64,000 bases of DNA from Macrostomum hystrix (taxonomy: Eukaryota; Animalia; Platyhelminthes). The position numbers were made by a program, and so were the translations under genes. Within the stretch, counting starts at the first letter, position 1, and each line of letters starts with the position of its first letter. This document shows, piece after piece, positions 23,201-32,627 of the stretch. The notes below the pieces were generated by a model. It made no database searches. It saw only the letters and a program-made list of their open reading frames with translations, and was not told the DNA's origin. The DNA lies in the NCBI GenBank assembly GCA_950097015.1, contig CATNEN010000029.1, positions 1,054,001-1,118,000 of the forward strand. The letters are read 5' to 3'.

Positions 23201-26200
23201 CAGGCAGCCGCTGCTCCCAGAAGAGCCGGGCCGCTCCGGCCCGCGCCAGTTCCTGGTGGTTCCGTGAGCTGCAGACAGTCTCTGGTGGCATTGAATGCCA
23301 AAAACTGCTCTGCTTGGCCACAGGGACGGGGGTAAGAGATGAAGCTTGGGGAGACGAAACAGGAGAAGAGGGAGAGAAGGAAAGGGGATTTTGAGTCGGC
23401 AGGAATTAGAGGAGTAAAAGGACAATGAAGAAATAAGGAGGCGGCCATGCGGTGATGTAGCATATTAGGGGTTGGTAGGCAACTTGTTAGGGCGAATAGG
23501 TACACGAAAGCTCACGCGTGTCCCTGGCTGTGAGCAATTGAAGGTTGCATGTCAAGTCAACTACAAAATAAACAAATTGACTGGCTGGATTCGCTTACAC
23601 TGTTTGGAGTCGACGAGACGGGAGCCGGTTTTACCTGGAAATTCGTTTACATGCGGGGATAAGATAGAAGGGCGTGCTGTTTTTATTTAAATTGAAAAGT
23701 GCACATAAAAATATTCATTTTGAATTATTTTGTTTAACTCAAATTTTGCAGACACGGATGGCCTTTCTCGCGTATCTACTAAATGATATCATTTTTTAAG
23801 AATGTTCAAAACATCAATATCATGCCAGGGGTGAGTGGCAGAGCGGTCTAACGCGTTTGCCTCTCTCACCAAGGTCCCTGAGCTCGATTCCGCGGCGAGG
23901 CCACATTAATCTGGAATTACGCCCTTTAGGGCTAACATCCATGGCACAGTGAGTGTACACTGCCTGATTATGAGAACGTCGTGGCAGGTGTATACACCTG
24001 TGTGAATGTGTGCTCAGGAGTCAGCAGAATGAGCAGAATTGCCTCCTCGCTGGCTGCGGGTCCAGTGTCACCAAATGATGTGCTTCAGCCTCTCCTGGAA
24101 ATCCTACTAAAAGGGGTAAGCAAAAAATCTGATTCAGTCTCAGCCAAGAGACAAAACTAGGAGAAAATTTTGATCAGAATTGAAGGCGTGTAAGCTGGCG
24201 TGTTAAAAACTGTAATTCCCATCACCTCGGTAAAGTACAAAGCTTAATCAATTTAAATAGAATACAAACGATAGAGCAATTGTCTAGACAGATAAGATAA
24301 GCTGAATTGACAGCACTAAGACACAAGAGAACCTAGCAGATAATATGCAGAAGCTTCAATAAAAGATGAACAGAGCAAAATTCACATAGGGACATGTTTT
24401 CTATACGAGAAGCATCTGCAAGTACTCAGTGAATTGTTGATGCAAACTGTCCTGAGTGACAGCTCCAACTAAACTTACAGAACCTTGCTGATATCTTCTG
24501 AAGAAAGCAGAATTTGAGCCACTTAGCATAGGAGAAAGTCGCGAAAAATGTATCAGCGGTGAAAACACATTAACAATAGGATGACGAGAACAATGATTCA
24601 GTAAGTCATTGTTTTTGTTAGATCCGGCCAGTTGGAAGCAGAGATGAAGCAAGGGGAGAAGAAAAACGTTTGAAACAAAAAACTCGCGCTTTCCCCTTCT
24701 ACCTCCCTTCTCTGCCTCCCATTTCAATTCTGAATGGAGTGCTGAAAAGTGCAATCTCAGAAACAGTTGAGCAAAAAGTCTACCTTTCCGGTACGCATTG
24801 AAATTCAATGAGGCATTTCTAGCCGTGTTTTGTCTAGATTCACGCGCGTAATCTCAAATTATTTTTCCATGGGTTCCTGAAGCGGTAGAGACAGTTTCCA
24901 TAGCAACAAATGCAGATTGGAAAGAAGACAGATTCAAATATGAAACAAAAAGTATGACTATAAGGGCTACAAATAGACAAACACGAATCGTAAGACTTTC
25001 TATGCGGAGAAAATTACAAAGGAGAAGGAAAACAAAAAACGGTGCATCAGAACTGAAGATGAGCAAACAACTAACTCGAATAGTGCCCTGAGGAGTGAGC
25101 ACATTAGACTCATAGAGTCTGGAAAAGTGCTGCAACTCTTGCAGCTTGTGCAGCCAAGCGGATCGCCGAAAATCTGCCCTGCGCGACGAGGCTGGCGAGT
25201 GCAGCGACTGCGGAATGGGCGGTGTGAGATTGGTTGCCGGAGGATGGGGTGGTGGGTTCGGAGCGCTGCTCGGTGTGCAATGTACTGGCGAATGTACATG
25301 TGCTAGCCGCGAGACATCTAGTATAATTATTTCTGATTGGCTGGCAGAGTCCGTATGGATGTCTGTACAATTATTTTCTTGTGAGATAAGCAATAAAAGA
25401 AGGTTATACACTATCTTGCTTCGCACTTATCATTGTATTTTGTACAGAGAAGGTTAAGCTGCAATATGTATGTGCATTAACGAGAGCCGAGAAGCCGGGC
25501 ACGATTGCATTTATTAATCTTTTTTCTGGGAGTTGTGGCCTAAACAAATTTGCAGGCCATTAGCATCGTTTTCAGCTTCTGTATTTCCTATTCGACAGAT
25601 GCTCGGAGAGAGAGCGCTGAGCGATAGACTCCATTAGGCTTATGCGCGACTTTAAAAACTCTAATTTACTTTATTTCCCTGGCAGAAAAATACTAAAATT
25701 TTGAGCTCAAAATATGGAATTTCGGACTGCATTTCCCGTCACAGCTGAAGATAATCTCGTCTTTTCCCACTCCCAATACGGGAGATTCTATTGTTTCCCT
25801 GGGGCTTGAAGGAACTCATGCTTTACTGCTCGAGTAGCCAGCCAACAGATGGGTGACATCTGGAAGTTGTCAAGAATTATTTTTATGCGAATCTTTATAG
25901 AACAAGAAGGCATGCAATAGTACTATTATAAATCTTAGTGCAAAAAGTGCTCGAGTCTTGAAAAAGCGACTTCGGTCTGAAGTACCTTTACTTCAGAAGG
26001 ATTTATAGAGAAATACCAGAGACTCAATCAATGCTGCAATCTCAATTTATAGCTTGCAGTTAATTTGTACGAAACTTATTAATTGCATTACATTACGTTA
26101 CATTAAATAATATATTAAATTATATATGCGGGAGTTGTAGCCAAGTGGGTAGAGCGACTTGTAGGTCGGAGGCTCGATTCTCGACAATACAGAAAAATTA

Positions 26201-29058
26201 TGTCCTTTTGCAAGTCACTAAACTCTGCATTGCTTCAGTTCACCCAGGTGTTAAATAGGGTAATTGAGGGTGGGTGTGGCGTCCCTCCAGTCCATGGAGA
26301 TGACAACCTTCAAACTCTGCGGCTGCACATCTGACCCAATCAGGACAGATGTAATCAGTTAGTATTTCAGTAATACGAGTAATACGAGTAATTTTTAAGC
26401 ATTTTTTTTTCATTCTACTAAGAAGCAACGGTAAATATTTACAGAAGCTATATTCAATTGTAATTTCTATTCTCACCGTAAGAACCGGTATGAGTGGTGG
26501 ATATTTGGTCCAGTCCGAGTCGCCAGTGTCAACAATCCGGTGCTGCTGGGTGTCCCAGCGGCCCCAGCAAAGGTCGATGCCGCCAACGAAGGCCAGTTTC
26601 TGATCTACAACCACCAGCTTCTCGTGATGCGCCCACAGAAACTCCCACGAGGCCAGGTGGTTAGGATGACGCAACACGTGAATGTTGCGCTTGTTTAAGG
26701 TGCGCAGCATCAGCTTGGTGTACCAGCTGTCAATCTTCAGCGTATACTTTACCTGCAACGCATGACACATAGGGCACAATGTCCGCTGTCTGAATCAATA
26801 ATACAAGCCTAGCAGCGATGAAACAGCTCACCTCCTTGTAGATGAGGATGAAGATGCGCACACCAGCATCGGCTCGGCGCTGCAGCACATTCATCAGCCG
26901 GTGATGCCCGTCATCGTCTGGACGCTTCAGATGCACCTCGGGAGTGAGCCACCAGTCGCAGATGAAGATCTCCTCGACGGCCTGCTCCAGAGCGTCGAAG
27001 ATATCTGCAAAGTAGGTGGCTCCATCAACGTACCACTTGGCCGGACAGTTTGCTCGAGTTCCGGCGAAGCTGCCGAAGTTGTGATGGCGCTGCTGTTGGT
27101 CCGGTACGACGAGCTCCAGCTGCAGCTCCTGGTGCTGATGATGGCGCTGGCTGTGCTTTCGCGGTTGCTGGTCGACCAGCTGTTGCTGTTTCACAAGGAG
27201 ATCCTTGATGCGGGTCATTTCAGCCGCCAGCATGGGATAGTCGCCATAGTCGCACTGAATGATCATCAGCCTGCAAGTTATGATCATAATAATAGTAATA
27301 ATGAGCGGATAACGAGGGGATAAAACACCTATCGATTGAATTCCACTAATGGACTCGATGGATGCTAATAGAAAACCTTGACCTTTAAATCAGAGTGAAC
27401 TCAAAGCATTCCATTTGTAGTGGGAGGTCGAAAGTGCGAATGTAAATAGATTAATTTTTGCGGTAGGGCTACGGGCTATAGCACATTATTTGGTGACACT
27501 AGACCCACTGCAAGCGAGGAGGCATTTCTTCCCATTTCGTTAACTCCTGAGCACACACGGACACAGGGGTATGCCCTGACATCCGCCGTAAATTTCACGA
27601 CAAGTCCCCAAGCCAAATGAATGTGCCCTCGACGCGGAATCGAGCTCAGGGACCCTGGTGCGAGTGGCAAACACATAAGACCACTCTGCTACTCGCCCCC
27701 TAGCAAGTTGCGATACAGAAATATGATAATTTCGATGGAAAGAGGGCTTCAATATCACATTAGTGGGTAAATTGAGCGCAGCTTACATGCTAGAGTTGCG
27801 CAGCACGAAGCCAGAGAGATAGTTGCGCATAGACGGATCCAAGCCATTAATGATGAGACAGGTGGAGTCGAGCAGGAACACTTCAGTAACGTCGGAAAGG
27901 TTGTCCTTCAGAAAGATGATGCATCGCTCCTTGATGACCATCCACCTTGACAGGTAAGTAAAACGGATGGGTATGATATGCTTAACTCTTGTAAAATAAC
28001 TCTGTCACATCATATTTGCCAGCTAGAGGAGATTTGGCTTCTACCGATTCCCCTGACTACTGAGCACGCGCGCATAGATACCGTACACACGCACACACTG
28101 ACACAGGGGTGTGCATCTGCACTGATAATTGAAATTTCACAAATTCAGCGGTGAGCTCTCACATTGTCTTCTTGCGCGCAAACAGACCGGCGCACGACTG
28201 GCAGCCGGTGAGCGGCGAAGCGGCGTATCGCTGAATGTAGACCTCGACCTCGGCTTCGCCGCATTTGCCGCCAACACCGCGAACAAAGGAGAGCCTCGAG
28301 ACGCCCAGGAACTTCAAGAGGTGCAGCGTCCGCTCTAAACTGTCCAGTTTGTCTAAAATCTTTTTCAATTGGTCCTCAAAGCGGGCCCGTTTAAACTCCT
28401 CACTATCCTGCACGGCGGACACCGTCGAATCACGCCGCTGCTGCTGGCTGGAGTCGACTACAGAGGTCGCGTGCTCGCGCTTCGGCTTGACACCCATGAG
28501 CGGCAGCAGGCCCGACGCCAGCAGTAGCGGATAGAGCCGACGCCAGTGGCTCCATTTTCGACTGACAGTCCAGACGAAGATGCCGTGACTGAAGGTGACC
28601 TCGAAGCTGAGGTCCAGATTGAGCAAGCGCTGAATTCCACGTCTTAGCTGTCGCATTCGCTGTTTTCCGCCGGCGGACCCGACACCGCTCTGGCCTTCTC
28701 GCACGCTGAACGTGAGTCGCTCGCCTACAAGGAAGAGACCGCTTTCTGGTAGGCTGTAGCGGCAGGCGAACGGCAGGCCTGTGGATGGCATAAAAGCCAT
28801 AGCAGAGATGATGCGCAGGCCGCGCTCCATCTTGTCCAGGGCAACCAGTTTTCCGGCTTCGGCGGCTGCCTCCGGCAATTCTTCTTGTAGATTTTGTAGC
28901 TCTACGGACTCTTTGGCGAACAAAGAGTTCTGCGCTTCGTTTAGGTTAAATAGAGAGGCGCCAAGTATCCCATCCTCGCTGGAGTAGCTGCTCACCAGGC
29001 TGCCTCGGTGACTGTAGCAGCGAGAGTCCAAGTAGGATACCGCGCCGTCTGACGACAT
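14185..29058 (-). CDS. PLD1: Phospholipase D, PLD1-like (PX-PH-HKD-loop-HKD), 7 exons, about 1358 aa
   Basis: Exons 29058-28163, 27945-27787, 27270-26832, 26752-26477, 20176-19524, 17052-16928, 15713-14185; all GT-AG and phase-consistent. Motifs: KWYVDG, EEIFICDWWL.PE, WAHHEKLVVVDQ..AFVGGIDLCWGRWD (HKD1), WRGKDYVN, PRMPWHD, YVENQFFIS, IYVHSKLLIVDD...IIGSANINDRSLLG.RDSE (HKD2). Confidence 0.93.
15786..16068 (+). mobile_element. SINE family A copy (internal deletion) in PLD intron 6
   Basis: A box gtggccgagcgg, B-box-like gagctcgattcc, hairpin cctgacgatgagaaagtcagg, 3' domain gggcagaattgcctcctcgctggctgtgggtctag..cccgcagccctcctgca, (TTA)n tail. Confidence 0.85.
16595..16905. repeat. 37-bp minisatellite in PLD intron 6
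   Basis: Unit gagatgggacaatatgagattgggatttgatgcatga, 4 good copies plus degenerate flanks. Confidence 0.9.
17727..18218. repeat. CACC/CACT (8-bp) simple repeat in PLD intron 5
   Basis: cacccact/cactcact tract of about 490 bp. Confidence 0.95.
18832..19036. repeat. 31-bp minisatellite
   Basis: Unit tgacaggagggtaatgcacagatgcacctac, about 6.5 copies. Confidence 0.95.
19287..19462. repeat. 16-bp perfect minisatellite next to the PLD exon 5 donor
   Basis: Unit aggagacagggtgaga, about 11 copies. Confidence 0.95.
20265..20835. repeat. Degenerate 16-17 bp minisatellite next to the PLD exon 5 acceptor
   Basis: Units gggatttcaaagagtgt and ggatttcggagaatct. Confidence 0.9.
21240..22855. repeat. 22-bp minisatellite with two subtypes, PLD intron 4
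   Basis: gaatgggataaatctgaataaa (about 21240-21850) grading into ggatggga(t/a)(g/a)aatcgaaggaat (about 22000-22855). Confidence 0.95.
23827..24100 (+). mobile_element. SINE family A copy in PLD intron 4
   Basis: ggggtgagtggcagagcggtctaacgcgtttgcctc, gagctcgattccgcggcgaggccacatt, and the shared 3' domain. Confidence 0.85.
26130..26360 (+). mobile_element. SINE family B copy in PLD intron 4
   Basis: gggagttgtagccaagtgggtagagcg, ggctcgattc, ctgcattgcttcagttcacccaggtgttaaa, ggctgcacatctgacccaatc. Collinear with the 4455-4746 copy, with deletions. Confidence 0.75.
27472..27701 (-). mobile_element. SINE family A copy in PLD intron 2
   Basis: Reverse complement of the head (accactctgctactcgcccc, ggaatcgagctcaggg) and of the 3' domain (ggtgacactagaccc..gcgaggaggca). 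Confidence 0.8.
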
Positions 29059-31394
29059 TTTTGTGTTTGACGTAAAAATGTGTCTCCCTGTTTACTTCAA
29101 GCTTTTTAACTGAAAGAAATAGAGTATGAAATTATAAAAAAGTTTATATGGTTTTGATTTAATGACTTTGATGGGAGTTAGGATCGGGCTAATTTTGAGT
29201 TTTTGCGCTGCAAAGTGTATACTTTTATATAAAAAAATAATACTAGTAAAAAACTGCTACATATTACGAGTTTATATTTATAACTAGTATCTTGACCATT
29301 AAAACCGTTGTAATATAGTAAAAGCAAAAGCAAAAAAAACAAGAAAAAAATACAATAATAATAATTATTAAATAAGACCTCATCAAAGGGCTAAATATTT
29401 GACAACACAGTCCTTTGAAAATAACATTTACTATCTCGAAGCTCAGTCCTGGATGCACATAAAAATTCGAAGTTGCATCCTTAAAGTTGTTATACAACGA
29501 TGTGCTCATGCTAAAGTAACTTTACGCTTCTGGCCTATCTATATTTAAAGACTAAAGAAAATAGCATTGATTTCTTGACTTTTTTACGAAGTCTGCTATT
29601 CTGGAACATATATAACGAAGGAAACGAAGTAGAAAAATCTAAGCACAAGGTAGCGTTAAATAGAGACGTGTTATTCAAAGAATATAGGAGTCGGACTATG
29701 CAAACGCAGTCGTGATTACGCAGTCGGCCGTAACTACATTGAATCTGAGTTGAAAGCATGCGGAGGTTTCTAAAGACGCATTTATTATTCTTAAAATATC
29801 GAGCTCCATATTTTTTGTTTGCTTTAATCCTAACAGTAAAGATAATACGATCTTCATTTATTTGCATACTAGCTGATATATGAAGCAAATATAATTTTCT
29901 AATATTGTTTTTATGCGCTCTTTTGCTCTTAAAAAATTACGTGTTTTTTTGTCTCGTGGACATGTGCATGCGCATGTGGATATGCTGTGACAAGATTTGG
30001 TTGAGTTTTCATTCACTTTCTTCTCCTCTTCGTGATTATTGATTTGATTGTATTGTTTTAGATTTTTTTATTTGCCTAGCCTACTTTAAGAAAATCACTG
30101 TTCTAGTCCTGCATGTACCCGGACGAAATCTATTTCGAAACTCAGGGCCTGGGATGTCACAAAGATATTACCCTGTATATCTATCGTCATATTATAAATT
30201 GCAAGTTGCAATAAAGTTGCAATATTTACATTTCTGTTAACATTTACTCTTTTACAAGACAGACCAAAAAGATAGTACCTACTGTAATTTACAAATTAAT
30301 TGGCATAGCCTAGGCCCACAGATGGATGCCTTGCAGAGGCAGCTGGATGCTGCCATTAGCCATGCTGCGACTTGTGCGATAACACTACATGAAGCTAGCA
30401 TTCATGTGTGCAGTGGCCTGTAGGGCCAACACAACTTTATACCTGCATGGTCTTCTGACCTGCTACAGCTACATAAGTCATGACTATGACTGCTGTCCAT
30501 GCCATTTAGTTGGAGGAGACCAACTACCCTGAGCCATTGCACAATGCACTGATGTTAAAGCTATAGCCTATATAGGGACTGTCTTGGTTAGGCCAAGGGC
30601 AAATATCATGCCTTTGACTTTAAAGTTGATAGCCCACATACAAACTCTCTGATTTCTTATCCTTTTCTGGCTACTATATGTGTTGGCATGTAGCTGGTAA
30701 GAGCCATATTTTGTTTGTTAGCTTATTACAACTATAACTAGGCCCTAGCCATAGGCCTAACTAGCAGATGAAAATTTTGTTTAAAAACCATAAAAAGAAA
30801 AAGCTGACAAAGGTAGCATTTTTTAGTTAGCTAGCTACACAATTTTTCAAATTAAGCCTGTATACGCCTATTGTAAGTTTCATCTTTGATTATTAGGACT
30901 AGCTAGATTTTTACACTGGCTACTTTATCACATCACTACTTTATCACTTTATCACATTATCACATTAAAATTAAAATTTTAAATTTTAAATGCATTCTCT
31001 GTAGTTGCTCTAGGAGCCTTGTTAGGTCTATATTTAGATATTTAAGTAAATATAGTCAATACTAAAGGACAGAATTTCCCTATTAGAAAAGTGTAGAACC
31101 TGTGGATATGCAAAAAAATTAAGCTAATAAAACAGAATATTTTAACCAGGGTGTCAAGCCCAAAATGTCATTCAGGGCCATTGCATGCCACAACACCACC
31201 TGCCTTGACTCTACTATGTTGTGACAACAGAAATTTCAGCAAATGCAATAGATGGTCAGATGCCATTTGTCCACTTATTACAATAGGGCAAAATGTCATA
31301 TTTAGTTTTGCTTAGCAACAATTAGAAGTCATTTACCAAATAACTAATGAACTGTATTAATGATACTTTAGTATTAGTTAGGAAAACAAAATAT

Positions 31395-31625
31395 CCTTTA
31401 GCAAGACACTTAACTCTGCATTGCTTCAGTTCACCCAGCTGTTAAATGGGTACCAGCATCAGCTGGTATAATTGAAGGTAGGTGTGGCGTCCCCCCAGTC
31501 CGTGGACTGAACAGCTGTATGCAGCCTTCAGATGCGCCGCGCATTAGCTGTGGCTGTGCTGTCGGCTGCACATCTGACCCAATTGGGGCAGGTGTAATCA
31601 ATATATATATATATTATAATAGTAT
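31395..31625 (+). mobile_element. SINE family B copy, 5'-truncated
   Basis: Starts at the central domain gcaagacacttaactctgcattgcttcagttcacccagctgttaaatggg and runs through the shared 3' domain to ggggcaggtgtaatcaat plus an AT tail. Confidence 0.8.
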
Positions 31626-31742
31626 TAGTATAAATAGTATAACACATTTTTGTAGACATAGCTTTATATGTCCAATTGAAGCTTTGGTCTTTTTAAATGG
31701 AAAGTATTCTTACCTAAGTAATGCTTATGTATTCCAACCAAA

Positions 31743-31914
31743 CAGTGGCGTAGCAAGGGGGGTATTGGTGTATCGGCCGAAAACCTTAAAATTTAGTGTC
31801 TCAAATTTTTTCGCATTCAGTTTCTTTGAAAGAAATGAATTAATTGTTTTTTTTCTGGATACACTGGATAGAACCAAAATCGATATCCCAAAAAAAATCC
31901 TGGCTACGCCCCTG
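31743..31914. mobile_element. hAT-type MITE (172 bp)
   Basis: Terminal inverted repeats cagtggcgtagcaagg / cctggctacgcccctg (14 of 16 match). Flanking 8-bp near-duplication caaccaaa (31735-31742) / caactaaa (31915-31922). Confidence 0.75.
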
Positions 31915-32118
31915 CAACTAAAATGTTAAGATGTACTGAGTAGCACAAACAGTATCTTAACTATCATTCAAGACAACTTTTTCCTAACTAACTTTCATAT
32001 GATTTTATTTGTGTTCAAAAAGAAAAAATCTGCACTGCATTTGCTGTCATGCTCTGGAAAAGAAACTTCGATTTTTTTGTTCTATTATGTTGCTTTAATG
32101 TGTTGTTCAAAAAATGAT

Positions 32119-32460
32119 TGTAGGAGGGTTGCAGGCAGTGGCACATAATTTAGTGACACTAGACCCGCAGCCAGTGCGGAGGCAATTCTGCCCATTTCGC
32201 TGACTCCTGAGCACACACGCACACAGATACTGTATGTGGGCATATGCTCACACGGGTGTGTACATCTGCCATGACTTTCTCATCGTCAGGCATCATACAA
32301 TTTCTCTGTGCCTTGGAGGTTGGCCCACAAGGGTGTAAATTGCACGACAAGTCCTCAAGCCTTCTCTCCATGGCTGCACCCCAAATAAATGTGGCCTCGC
32401 CGTGGAATCGAACTTAGGGACCTTGGTGCGAGAGGCAAACACAATAACCACTCTGCCACT
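32119..32460 (-). mobile_element. SINE family A copy upstream of CDC16
   Basis: Reverse complement of an almost complete element (accactctgccac, ggaatcgaacttaggg, actttctcatcgtcagg, agacccgcagccag). Confidence 0.85.
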
Positions 32461-32627
32461 GTACATACGTACAACCACAGTACATACATAGTACATACCT
32501 ATAGTACATATGTAATATGTAATAAAAGTATAAAGGTATGTAATAAAAGCTTTATATCAGATAACTGATCAAAAGTCAGATTTTTTAAGTCAGTTTTATA
32601 ATTAATAAATAAATTGCAGCTCATAAA

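Noticed and set aside
27951-27960. CAGGTAAGTA / TACTTACCTG, a perfect donor on + and a match to the U1 snRNA 5' end on -
   Set aside because: No further U1 sequence follows and no + strand exon is evident. It sits in the PLD exon 2 acceptor region and a 10-mer match is plausible by chance.
29264-29888. AT-rich minus-strand ORFs upstream of PLD (also 13139-14088, 39967-40257, 58391-59084, 61757-62546)
   Set aside because: Alternative start codons, AT-rich codon use unlike the real exons, and no motifs.
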